Assembly: GCA_963737485.1 (NCBI GenBank)
Contig: CAVTSR010000014.1
Location: 65,382-129,381 of the forward strand
Direction of reading: 5' to 3'
Origin: an uncultured Alphaproteobacteria bacterium
GTDB taxonomy: Bacteria; Pseudomonadota; Alphaproteobacteria; Rhodobacterales; Rhodobacteraceae
Length of the DNA: 64,000 nucleotides
In this document: positions 1-10,204 of the stretch, one piece after another
Numbering within the stretch: position 1 is the stretch's first letter
Layout of the letters: the number at the start of each line of letters is the position of its first letter
Notes under the pieces: generated by a model
The model's database searches: none
What the model was told of the DNA's origin: nothing
Seen by the model: the letters and a program-made list of their open reading frames with translations, nothing else
Program-made: the position numbers and the translations under genes

Positions 1-455
1 GGCTCGGCCCTGAGCGCCGGCACCGCGGCATAGGTCATCGTCATCGGGCAGCAGACCCCGGGCTCGACCTGGCTCAGCTGGTAGACCATCGCCGCATGCG
101 TGGCATGGCCGCCGCCACCGCCCGCCCAGGCGACCGCCGAGTAGCCGGCCCCGATCCCGAACCCCATCAGCGTGTGATACGCCGGATGGAAGCGCACCTC
201 GTCGATCCGCCGGCCGCCGCGGTCGAAGGCGACGAGCTCCGGCGGGTTGCGGTTCGCCGCCCGCCCCGCCGCCCGCATCTCCTCGCTCCCCGCCGCGGCG
301 CCGAAGCCGGCCAGAAGCTCCGCCCGCCCCCCGGCGCGCGCCGCCGCCTCGCGCAACGGCAGATCGCCCGCCCAGAGGTCGAGGTCGCCCCGCTCCGCCG
401 GCTGGTTCTCCACCGCGTGGGTCGCGAGCGTGGTTCTCGGGCGGAACGCGGTCAT
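1..455 (-). CDS. AidB-like acyl-CoA dehydrogenase, N-terminal part (runs off the window edge)
   Basis: Manual translation from ATG at 455: MTAFRPRTTLATHAVENQP...ANRNPPELVAFDRGGRRIDEVRFHPAYHTLM...SQVEPGVCCPMTMTYAAVPAL, typical AidB N-terminal motifs. Absent from the ORF track because no stop lies in the window. Confidence 0.85.
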   Translation of the reverse strand, partial: MTAFRPRTTLATHAVENQPAERGDLDLWAGDLPLREAAARAGGRAELLAGFGAAAGSEEMRAAGRAANRNPPELVAFDRGGRRIDEVRFHPAYHTLMGFGIGAGYSAVAWAGGGGGHATHAAMVYQLSQVEPGVCCPMTMTYAAVPALRAE

Positions 456-541
456 GCTTTCTCCGTTCACTCCGAGCATGCCCGAACCGCGCCCGCGGCG
501 GAAGCCTTTGCCCACGGCCGCGAAAGCCCTAGACCAAAGCC

Positions 542-1567
542 ATGCGCCCCGCCGACCTCCTCGTCCCGCGCCCCGAGGGCCTCTACTGCCCGCCCGGCGA
601 CTTCCACATCGACCCCACCCGCCCGGTGGCCCGCGCCCTCGTCACCCACGCCCACTCCGACCACGCCACCGCCGGCCACGGCGCCGTGCTCGCCACCGCC
701 GAGACCCTCGACATCATGGCGCTCCGCCTCGGCGAGGGCTTCGCCGGCACCACCCAGGCCGCCGCCTACGGCGAGCGCATCGCCCTCGGCGGCGCCACCG
801 CGACCTTCCACCCCGCCGGCCACGTCCTCGGCTCCGCCCAGATCGCCGTCGAAGCGCCCCGCTCGAACGGGGCCCTCCGCATCGTCGCCGCCGGCGACTA
901 CAAGCGCACCCCCGACCCCACCTGCGCCGCCTTCGAGCCCGTCCCCTGCGACGTCTTCATCACCGAGGCGACCTTCGGCCTGCCGGTCTTCCGCCACCCC
1001 GACCCGCTCGCCGAGGCCGCCCGCCTGCTCCACTCGCTCGCCCAGTTCCCCGAACGCACCCACCTCGTCGGCGTCTACGCCCTCGGCAAGGCCCAGCGCC
1101 TGATCGCGCTCCTCCGCGCCGCCGGCCACGACGGCCCGATCTTCCTCCACGGCGCCCTCCGCCGCCTCTGCGACTACTACGCCGCCCGCGGCATCGCCCT
1201 CGGCGACCTCCCCGACGCCACCCTCGCGAAAGGCCGCGCCCGCGACTTCGCCGGCCAGATCGTCCTCGGCCCCCCCTCCGCCTTCGAAGGCCCCTGGATC
1301 CGCCGCTTCGCCGACCCGCTGATCGCCTTCGCCTCCGGCTGGATGCAGGTCCGCGCCCGCGCCCGCCAGCGCGGCGTCGAGCTCCCCCTCGTCATCTCCG
1401 ACCACTGCGACTGGCCCGAGCTCACCGCCACCATCGCCGAGATCGACCCCGCCGAGGTCTGGGTCACCCACGGCCGCGAGGAAGCCCTCGTCCGCTGGTG
1501 CGCCCTGCAGGACCGCCCCGCCCGCCCGCTCCACCTCGTCGGCTACGAAGACGAGGCCGACGACTGA
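542..1567 (+). CDS. Ligase-associated DNA damage response exonuclease (metallo-beta-lactamase/beta-CASP fold)
   Basis: GLYCPPGDFHIDP, THAHSDH, AGHVLGSAQ, ITEATFGLPVF, ISDHCDW, VTHG; directly upstream of an ATP-dependent ligase. Confidence 0.92.
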   Translation: MRPADLLVPRPEGLYCPPGDFHIDPTRPVARALVTHAHSDHATAGHGAVLATAETLDIMALRLGEGFAGTTQAAAYGERIALGGATATFHPAGHVLGSAQIAVEAPRSNGALRIVAAGDYKRTPDPTCAAFEPVPCDVFITEATFGLPVFRHPDPLAEAARLLHSLAQFPERTHLVGVYALGKAQRLIALLRAAGHDGPIFLHGALRRLCDYYAARGIALGDLPDATLAKGRARDFAGQIVLGPPSAFEGPWIRRFADPLIAFASGWMQVRARARQRGVELPLVISDHCDWPELTATIAEIDPAEVWVTHGREEALVRWCALQDRPARPLHLVGYEDEADD

Positions 1568-1795
1568 TGCCGGCCGCCCCCACCCGCCTTCCTCTTGCCT
1601 CAAATACTCATTGCGACGCCTGCCGCCCGTCTTGCCGCCGGTTCGACGCCCCCCCGCCCCGTCCTTCCCGCAGCACCGCCTCGCGCCCCAAACGGCGTCC
1701 GCACCGCAGGGAAGCCGCCACTTCCCCCGACCGGGCGATCCGCCCAACCCGCCCGCCGCCCCTTCGGGCGGAACGCGACCGCGGGCCCCCCGCTG

Positions 1796-3384
1796 ATGCG
1801 CCGCTTCGCCGAGCTCCTCGAACGCCTCGCCTTCACGCCCGCCCGCAACGGCAAGCTGAAGCTCCTCACCGACTACCTGCGCGAGACCCCCGACCCCGAC
1901 CGCGGCTGGGGCATCGCCGCCATCACCCGCGACCTCACCCTCGACGCCGTCAAGCCCGCCACCCTGCGCGCCATCACCGAGGCCCGCGTCGACCCCGAGC
2001 TCTTCGCCCTCTCGCACGACTTCGTCGGCGACCTCGCCGAGACCATCGCCCTCATCTGGCCCGCCCCCGAGGCCCCGCCCGCCGACCCGCCCCTCGCCGA
2101 GGTCGTCGAGACCCTGCGCGCCACCTCCCGCCGCGAGGCGCCGCAGACTCGTCGAGCGCCTGCTCGACCGCCTCGACGCCTCCGGCCGCTTCGCGCTCCT
2201 GAAGCTCGTCACCGGCGGCCTCCGCGTCGGCGTCTCCGCCCGCCTCGCCAAGCAGGCGCTCGCCGACTTCGGCGCCCGCGACGTCACCGAGATCGAGGAG
2301 CTCTGGCACGGCCTCGCCCCGCCCTACCTCCCGCTCTTCGCCTGGCTCGCCGGCACCGCCCCGCGCCCGACCGCCGCCGCCACCCCCTTCCGCCCGGTCA
2401 TGCTCTCGCACGCGCTGGAGGAAACCGACCTCGCCCGCCTCGACCCCGCCGACTTCGCCGCCGAGTGGAAATGGGACGGCATCCGCGTCCAGGCCGCCGT
2501 CGGACGCCCACGGCCGCCGCCTCTACTCCCGCACCGGCGACGACATCGGCGCCGCCTTCCCCGACCTCCTCGACGCCCTCGACTTCGACGCCGCCCTCGA
2601 CGGCGAACTGCTGGTGCGCCGCGACGACGGCTCGATCGCCACCTTCTCCGACCTGCAGCAGCGCCTCAACCGCAAGACCGTCACCCCCGCCCAGCTCCGC
2701 CGCTACCCCGCGCACCTCCGCGCCTACGACCTCCTCCAGCTCGGCCCCGCCGACCTCCGCCCGCTCCCCTTCGCCGAGCGCCGCGCCGCCCTCGAAGCCT
2801 TCGTCCCCAGCCTCGACCCCGCCCGCGTCGACCTCTCCCCGCTCCTCCCCTTCGCCACCTGGGACGACCTCGCCGCCCTCCGCGCCGCCCCGCCCGACCC
2901 GATCATCGAGGGCGTGATGCTCAAGCGCCGCGACAGCCCTTACGTCCCCGGCCGCCCCAAGGGCCCCTGGTGGAAATGGAAGCGCGACCCCCACACCATC
3001 GACGCGGTGCTGCTCTACGCCCAGCGCGGCCACGGCAAGCGCTCGGGCTACTACTCCGACTACACCTTCGGCGTCTGGACCGCCGACGGCACCCTCACCC
3101 CGGTCGGCAAGGCCTACTTCGGCTTCACCGACGAGGAGCTCGCGCAGATCGACCGCTGGGTCCGCAACAACACCACCGACCGCTTCGGCCCGGTCCGCGC
3201 CGTCCGCGCCGAGCCCGCCCACGGCCTCGTCCTCGAGGTCGCCTTCGAGGGCCTCGCCCGCTCCACCCGCCACCGCTCCGGCCTCGCCATGCGCTTCCCC
3301 CGCATCGCCCGCCTCCGCTGGGACAAGCCCCCGTCCGAGGCCGACACCCTGGAGACGCTGGCGGCGCTGCTCCCGCCCGCGTGA
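1796..3384 (+). CDS. ATP-dependent DNA ligase (cisplatin damage-response type), frameshifted at about 2150 and 2500
   Basis: MRRFAELLERLAFTPARNGKL start; EWKWDGIR adenylation motif; EGVMLKRRDSPY..GRPKGPWWKWK; SGLAMRFPRI. Pieces fall in ORFs 1595, 2400 and 2614. Confidence 0.92.
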
Positions 3385-3431
3385 TCGCGGCGCGCATCCG
3401 TGCTACCTTCGCCCGCGAGGGGGACACGCCG

Positions 3432-3596
3432 ATGCCCGAGACCGATGCGCGCAGCTGGCAGAGCCAGATGGCCGACCTCACCGCCGGGCGCATCCGCGCC
3501 GAGACCGAGGCGGTGATCGCCGCCCGGACGATCGCCATCGCCGCCCGCCTCGAGGCCGCCCGCTGGCCGCCCTTCGCCGACATCCGCCCGCAATGA
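3432..3596 (+). CDS. Small hypothetical protein (54 aa)
   Basis: GAGGGG SD-like sequence before the ATG at 3432; the stop overlaps the next start (ATGA at 3593-3596). Confidence 0.4.
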   Translation: MPETDARSWQSQMADLTAGRIRAETEAVIAARTIAIAARLEAARWPPFADIRPQ

Positions 3597-6082
3597 GCGA
3601 CCCCGGCCTCCACGACCGCCCGGTCCTCGTGCTCGACCCGGGCATGCACACCGCGCCGATCAGGCGCGCCGACGTCGACCGCGCCGGCCGCTTCGCGGTG
3701 ACCGCGTCGGACGACAAGACCGTGCGGGTCTGGTCGCTGGCCGACGGCGAGCTTCTCGGACCATCCGCCTGCCGGCCGGCCCCGGCAATGTCGGCAAGGC
3801 CTATGCCGTGGCGATCAGCCCCGACGGCCGACGATTGCCGCGGGCGGCTGGACACGCTGGAGCAACGGCCCGCAGAGCAGATCTACCTCTTCGACCGCGC
3901 GAGCGGAGCGATGACCGGCCGCATCGACGGCCTGCCGAACGTGGTCAACGACCTCGCCTTCTCGCCTGACGGCGACCGGCTGGCGGCGGTGCTCGGCGGA
4001 GGAGGGGCCTGCGGCTTTACGCGCGGGACGGCGACGGCCGCTGGCACGAGCTGGCCGCGGACGGCGACTACGGCGATGCGAGCTACGGCGTCGCCTTCGC
4101 TGCCGACGGCCGGCTGGCGACCACAAGCTGGACGGCCGGCTGCGGCTCTACGACCGCGGCCGGCGGCTGCTCCGCTCGGTCGCGACGCCGCACGCCCGGC
4201 CCTTCGGCCTCGCCTTCAACCCGGTGGACGGCCGGCTGGCGGTCGGCTTCGTCGATGCGCCCGCGGTGGCGCTCTACGACGGCGCGACGCTGGCGCCGCT
4301 GCCGCCGCCGGACGTCGGCGGCATCGACGACGGCAATCTCGGCAGCGTCGCCTGGTCGGCCGACGGCGCGGCGCTGTTCGCCGCCGGCCGCTACAGCGTC
4401 GGCGGCGGCTAATCCGGTGGTCGCCTGGGACGGCGGCGGCGCCGGGCCGCGCCGGGTGCTGCCGGCCGCCGACGACACTGTGATGTGCCTGCGGCCGCTG
4501 CCGGACGGGGCGCTGCTCGTCGCCGCGGGGGACCCTTGGCTCGGGGTGCTCGCCGCTGACGGCGCGCCGCGCTGGACGCAGGGCCCGCGGCAGATCGACC
4601 CGCGCGGCCAGCATGAGCAACCTCGCGGTCTCGTCCGACGGCATGCTGGTCGAGTTCGGCCTCAGCTATCGGGAAGGGAGGACCGGCGGCGCTTCGACGT
4701 GGCGGCGCTGCAGCTGCTCCCGCCGGCCGACGACGGCCGCGCCCTGCCGCCGCGGCAGGACGGCCTCGCCGTCGCCGACTGGGTGAACGGCACCGCCCCC
4801 ACCCTCGACGGCGCGCCGCTGCCGCTCGAGCCCTACGAGATCGCCCGCAGCCTGGCGATCCACCCCGACGGCGCGCCGCTTCCTGCTCGGCACCGAATGG
4901 TGGCTGCGCGCCTTCGACAAGGCCGGCGCCGCGCTCTGGCAGCGCCCGGTGCCCGGCGTCGTCTGGGCGGTCAACATCAGCCGGCGACGGCCGGCTGGCG
5001 GTCGCCGCCTACGGCGACGGCACGCTCCGCTGGCACCGGATGGAGGACGGCGCCGAGCTGCTGGCGCTCTTCCCGCTGCCCGACGGCGAGAACTGGGTCG
5101 CCTGGACCCCCGAGGGCGTCTACGCCGCCAGCCCCGGCGCCAGGCACATCCTGCGCTGGCACGTCAACCACGGCTGGGACGCCGCCGGCACCGCCGTGCC
5201 GGTCTCGGCGATCCCCGAGACCCACCGCCCGGAGGTGATCCCCCACGTCCTGCCGCAGCTGGGCACCCCCGGCGCCATCGCCGTCGCCGAGCTCGCCAAG
5301 ATCCGCGCCGCCGTCCAGCGCGAGACCGGTTCCGACGTCCCGCCCGGCGCCCGCCTCCACCTGCTCGCGATCGGCGTCAGCGACTACGGCGCCGCCGCCC
5401 GCCACCTCGACCTCGCCTATGCCGACCAGGATGCCCGCGACGTCGCCGCCGCCCTGCGTCCGCTCGCAGTCGAGCCTCTATGCCGCCGGTGTTCGCCGAG
5501 CGTGCTCGTCAACGGCGAGGCGACCAAGGAGGCGATCTTCGAGGAGTTCGCCGCCATCGGCGGCCAGTTGCGCAAGGGCGGCGAGCCCGACACGGTGGTC
5601 GTCCTCTTCTCCGGCCACGGCGAGATGGCAGGCGACAGGTTCTACCTCCTCCCGCATGGCGTCGACGCCGGTCGCCGAGCGCGATCAAGTCGAGCGGGCT
5701 CTGGATCGCCGACTTCCACGACGAGATCGCCGCCCTTGCCCAACACGGCCGCGTGCTGGTCTTCCTCGACGCCTGCCGCTCCGGCGGCGCCACGCTGCCG
5801 GCCGACCGCTCGCTCCGCGCCGCCCTCGCGGCACCCAACGTCAGCGTCTTCACCTCGTCCTCCGCCGGCGAGAGCTCGCTCGAGGACGCCGCCTGGCAGA
5901 ACGGCGCCTTCACCGAGGCGCTGCTCGAGGCGCTCCGCCGCGACCCGGACCGCGACAGCCTCGTCCGGATCAGCGACATCGCCGCCTACCTCAGCGACCG
6001 CGTCCCGGCGCTGACCCGCAACCGGCAGCATCCCGAGGTCGAGCTGCACCGCGAGGCCCGCGTCTTCGCCGTCACCGGCTGA
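3593..6082 (+). CDS. WD40-repeat protein with C-terminal caspase-like (peptidase C14) domain; about a dozen frameshifts (pseudogene or poor consensus)
   Basis: WD40 blades (TASDDKTVRVW, NDLAFSPDG, WAVNIS, ENWVAWTPEG), then LHLLAIGVSDY, LFSGHG (His), FLDACRSG (Cys) and NGAFTEALLEAL, spread over several frames. Confidence 0.85.
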
Positions 6083-6124
6083 CGCCGGCCGCGCGTTAAC
6101 GCCCGCCCCGCCCGTCCGCGGCAG

Positions 6125-6168
6125 GTGCATGCGTTGTGCATGCGATGTACATGCGATGTACATTCAAC
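6125..6168. repeat. Four imperfect 11-bp tandem units (GTGCATGCGTT/GTGCATGCGAT/GTACATGCGAT/GTACATTCAAC)
   Basis: Read directly; AT-richer than its surroundings and flanked by GTTAAC on both sides. Confidence 0.75.
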
Positions 6169-6304
6169 TTCCGCCGTTAACCCTCGCCCTCTCCCCGGAA
6201 AGCGCCGCCCCGCGCAACCCGACCGTTGCCACCTCCGCCCGCCCGCTCTAAGTCCCGACCGTACCCCACCGCGCCGGCCCCGCCGCCGCCCCTCCGGACC
6301 CGAG

Positions 6305-7699
6305 ATGCCCCGCATCACGCCCCTCATCCTGGCGGTCGCGCTCTTCATGGAGCAGATGGACTCGACCGTCATCGCCACCTCGCTGCCGGCGATCGCCGCC
6401 GACATCGGCACCTCGCCCATCGCGCTGAAGCTCGCGGTCACCTCCTACCTCGTCGCCCTCGCGATCTTCATCCCGATCTCCGGCTGGATGTCCGACCGCT
6501 TCGGCGCCAAGAACATCTTCCGCCTCGCGATCGTCGTCTTCATGGCGGGCTCGATCGCCTGCGCGATGTCGAACTCGATCCATGCCTTCGTGCTGTCGCG
6601 CTTCCTGCAGGGCATCGGCGGCTCGATGATGACCCCGGTCGGACGGCTCCTGCTCGTGCGCGGCACCCCGCGCGAGGAGCTGGTCTCGGCGATGGCCTGG
6701 CTGACCATCCCCGCGCTGATCGGCCCGATCATGGGCCCGCCGCTCGGCGGCTTTCTCACCACCTACCTGACCTGGCACTGGGTCTTCTGGATCAACATTC
6801 CGATCGGCCTCGTCGGGCTGGTGCTGGTGACCCGCTTCCTGCCCGTCGGCGAGGTCTACGTCCCGCGCCCGGTCGACTTCCCGGGCTTCCTGCTCTCCAG
6901 CGTCGCCTTCTCGGGCTTGGTCTTCGGGATGTCGGTGATCAGCCTGCCGGCCCTGCCGATCGTCTACGCCTACGTCACCCTCGCCGTCGGCCTCGTCGCC
7001 GGCCTGCTCTACCTGCGCCACGCCCGCCGCGCGCCCTGGCCGCTGCTCGACCCGAAGATGTTCCGCTACCCGCTGTTCCGCGCCGGCATCGTCGGCGGGT
7101 CGAACTTCCGCATCGGCATCGGCGCGATCCCGTTCCTCTTGCCGCTGATGCTTCAGCTCGGGTTCGGCTACAACCCGTTCCAGTCGGGGCTCGTCACCTT
7201 CGTGACCGCCGTCGGCGCGCTGTCGTCGAAGTTCCTCGCGCAATGGGTGTTCCGCAGCTTCGGCTTTCGCAACGTGCTGACCACCGGCGCCTTCGTCTCG
7301 GCGCTCTTCATCGCCGCCAACTGCCTGTTCACCCCGGCGACGCCGGTCGGGCTGATCATGACCTGCCTGCTCTTCGGCGGGGTGCTGCGCTCGATCTGCT
7401 TCACCGGCATCAACGCGATGGTCTTCTCCGACGTCGACGACCGCGACTCGAGCCAGGCAACCGCGATCAACTCGGTCGCCCAGCAGATCTCGCTCGCGAC
7501 CGGCGTGGCGCTCGCCGGCGGCGTGCTCGACCTCGCCGGCCGTCTCCACGGCGGCGGGATCGTGCTCGGCGACTTTCACGTCGCCTTTCTCGTGGTCGCC
7601 GTCGTCTCGGCGACCTCGACCTTCACCTTCCTGCGCCTGCCGCCCGATGCCGGCTCCGCCGTCTCCGGCCACCGGCGCCGCGCCGCGGTCATGACCTGA
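6305..7699 (+). CDS. DHA2-type MFS efflux transporter
   Basis: LAVALFMEQMDSTVIATSLP, GWMSDRFG, SRFLQGIGG, IGPIMGPPLGG; many hydrophobic segments. Confidence 0.93.
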   Translation: MPRITPLILAVALFMEQMDSTVIATSLPAIAADIGTSPIALKLAVTSYLVALAIFIPISGWMSDRFGAKNIFRLAIVVFMAGSIACAMSNSIHAFVLSRFLQGIGGSMMTPVGRLLLVRGTPREELVSAMAWLTIPALIGPIMGPPLGGFLTTYLTWHWVFWINIPIGLVGLVLVTRFLPVGEVYVPRPVDFPGFLLSSVAFSGLVFGMSVISLPALPIVYAYVTLAVGLVAGLLYLRHARRAPWPLLDPKMFRYPLFRAGIVGGSNFRIGIGAIPFLLPLMLQLGFGYNPFQSGLVTFVTAVGALSSKFLAQWVFRSFGFRNVLTTGAFVSALFIAANCLFTPATPVGLIMTCLLFGGVLRSICFTGINAMVFSDVDDRDSSQATAINSVAQQISLATGVALAGGVLDLAGRLHGGGIVLGDFHVAFLVVAVVSATSTFTFLRLPPDAGSAVSGHRRRAAVMT

Positions 7700-8684
7700 G
7701 CGACAGCTCCGCAGCCGGCGCCCGCCCGGCGTCGGGCAGGCAGCCGAGCCCCGCCAGCGTCGCCCGGACCGCCGTGTCGAGCGGGGTATGCGGCTCGGAG
7801 CCGATCGTCGCCAGCAGCCGGTCGTTCGTCATCCGGAGCGGCTGCTCCCAGAGGTAGCGCATCTCGACGATCCCCCGCAGGACCGGCACGAACGGCCGCG
7901 CCAGGCCGGCGAGCCGCCAGGCAAAGCCGCGCACCGGCAGCCGCGGGTCGCCCACCGCCCGCCGGATCGCCCCGACCATCGCCGTGCCGTCCGCATCCCA
8001 GTGCCCGGCCATGTGGAAGCTCTCGAACCCCGCGCCCGGACCCCGCTCCACCAGCCGCACCATCGTTTCCGCCACGTCCGGCAGGTATCCCCACTGGTGG
8101 CCGACCCCCGGCCTGCCCGGATAGCGGATCGCCCGCACCGGCTTGCCGGGCGTGACCAGCCCCTGCGCGAACCAGCTGTTCGCCGCCCGCGGCCCGAAGA
8201 AATCGCCGGCGCGCACCACCGTCGTCGCGACGCCGTCGTCGGCCGCCGCCCGCAGCCGCCGCTCCATCTCGGCGCGGATCCTCCCCTTGCCGGTGACCGG
8301 GTGCTGGGCCGCGTCCTCGCTCAGCACCGGCCAGGCGTCCGGCCCGAAGTTGTAGATCGTGCCGGGAAACAGGATCCGCGCCCGGTTCGCCCGCGCCGCA
8401 GCGAGCGTGCTGTCGAGCATCGGCAGCACCAGCCGTTCCCAGTCGCGATACCCCGGCGGATTGACCGCGTGCACGATCAGCCCGGCGTCGCGCGCGGCGC
8501 CGGCGACGTCCGCCGGGACCATCGCGTCGCCGCCTACCCACTCCAGCCCGTCCTGCCGCGCGGCCTTTTCGGGGCTGCGGCTCAGGGCGCGCACATGCCA
8601 GCCGCGCCGCTTCAGGGTCCGGGCCACCTCGCCGCCGATCCCTCCCGTCGCACCGAGCACCAGGGCCGTCTTCGAGCGCTGCAT
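7689..8684 (-). CDS. NAD(P)-dependent epimerase/dehydratase (extended SDR)
   Basis: ALVLGATGGIG Rossmann motif, VHAVNPPGY, RAGDFFGP; divergent from a LysR. Confidence 0.88.
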   Translation of the reverse strand: MQRSKTALVLGATGGIGGEVARTLKRRGWHVRALSRSPEKAARQDGLEWVGGDAMVPADVAGAARDAGLIVHAVNPPGYRDWERLVLPMLDSTLAAARANRARILFPGTIYNFGPDAWPVLSEDAAQHPVTGKGRIRAEMERRLRAAADDGVATTVVRAGDFFGPRAANSWFAQGLVTPGKPVRAIRYPGRPGVGHQWGYLPDVAETMVRLVERGPGAGFESFHMAGHWDADGTAMVGAIRRAVGDPRLPVRGFAWRLAGLARPFVPVLRGIVEMRYLWEQPLRMTNDRLLATIGSEPHTPLDTAVRATLAGLGCLPDAGRAPAAELSLRS

Positions 8685-8776
8685 CACGATCTCCTTCTCA
8701 TCTTGCACGAGAGATGTAGACCCGCGCCCGCTCATTCGAAATTGCGCAAAATCCTTGGGCTGCTATACGAAAATAG

Positions 8777-9665
8777 ATGAGCGACCCCGATCCGTCCTGG
8801 GATCTCTACCGCAGCTTCGGCGCCGTCGCCGAGGCGGGCTCGCTCTCGGGGGCGGCGCGCGCGCTGGGCGTGACCCAGCCCACCGTCGCCCGCCACGTCG
8901 AGGCGCTCGAGGAACGGCTCGGCTGCCGGCTCTTCACCCGCTCGCAGCGCGGCCTCGCCCCGACCGAGGCCGGCGAGGCCATCCGCCCCTACGCCGAGGC
9001 GCTCGCCGCCACCAGCGCGGCGCTCCTGCGCGCCGCCGACCCGCGACGGCGGGGTCGCCGGCACCGTCCGCATCACCGCGAGCGAGATGGTCGGCGTCGA
9101 GCGGCTGCCGCCGATCCTCGCCGCGATCCGCCGGGACCACCCGCAGCTCGCGCTCGAGCTGGCGGTGTCGAACGCGGTGGAGGACCTGCTGCGCCGCGAC
9201 GCCGACATCGCCGTGCGCATGGTCGCGCCGGCGCAGGCGGCGCTCGTCGCCCGCCGGGTCGGCGCCGTCTCGCTGGGGCTCTTCGCCCGCGCGGACTACC
9301 TCGAAGCGCGCGGCACGCCGCGCCGGGTCGAGGATCTCGCCCGCCACGACACCATCGGCTTCGACCGCGAGACCCCGGCGCTCAGGCAGATGACGACGCG
9401 CTACCCGTTCCTCCGCCGCGCCGACTTCGCCTTCCGCAGCGACAGCGACCTCGCCCAGCTCGCGGCGGTGCGCGCCGGCCTCGGCGTCGGCGCCTGCCAG
9501 CTCGGGATCGCCGCGCGCGATCCGCGGCTCGTGCGGGTGCTTGCCGACGCCTTCGCGCCCGAGCTCCCGGTCTGGATCGTCATGCACGAGGACCTGCGCA
9601 CGAGCCCGCGCTGCCGCGCCGCCTTCGATGCGCTCGCCGAGGCGCTGGCGGCCGAGATCGGCTGA
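8777..9665 (+). CDS. LysR-family regulator (frameshift at about 9050)
   Basis: GSLSGAARALGVTQPTVARHVEALEERLGCRLFTR HTH; the substrate-binding domain continues in ORF 9087-9665. Confidence 0.92.
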
Positions 9666-10079
9666 TCAGCCGGTCGCCAGCGCCTCGAGCTCGGGCAGCA
9701 GCTTCACGCTCTCCTGCTCGTTGGGATCGGTGCGGGCGATCACCGCGACGCAGGGCTCGTCGGACACGTTCGCCGGCAGGTGCGGCATCCCGGCCGGGAT
9801 GTAGAGCAGCTCGCCCGCGCCGACGGTCATCCGGTTCTCCAGCCGCTCGCCCCACCACATCACCGATTCGCCGCTGACGACGTAGATCGCCGTCTCGTGG
9901 TCGGCGTGCATGTGCGCCTTCGCCCGGTCGCCGGGCTTGATCGTCAGCAGCATCATGCAGATGCCGCGCGCCCCCGCGCTCTCGGCCGAGATCCCGCCGG
10001 CGTAGCTGAACCCCTGCTTGCCGGCATAGATGTCGCCGGCCCGGAACTTCCGGCACTCCGCTCTCGCTTCCTCCGCCAT
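9666..10079 (-). CDS. Cupin-domain protein
   Basis: AHMHADHETAIYVVSG and GELLYIPAGMPH cupin motifs. Confidence 0.88.
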   Translation of the reverse strand: MAEEARAECRKFRAGDIYAGKQGFSYAGGISAESAGARGICMMLLTIKPGDRAKAHMHADHETAIYVVSGESVMWWGERLENRMTVGAGELLYIPAGMPHLPANVSDEPCVAVIARTDPNEQESVKLLPELEALATG

Positions 10080-10204
10080 CGCCCGATCTCCCCTTGCGAT
10101 TTCGCCGACGATACCGCCGCGCCGCCCGCCGCGGCAAAAAAAGGTGCGTGACTTTCCGCGGCACTGCATAGACTGGCCGGGGAGATTTTCCCGGAGGGCG
10201 GCGG

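Noticed and set aside
10114-10143. Intrinsic terminator (GC hairpin plus A tract)
   Set aside because: On neither strand does the U tract follow the hairpin, and it lies between divergent starts.
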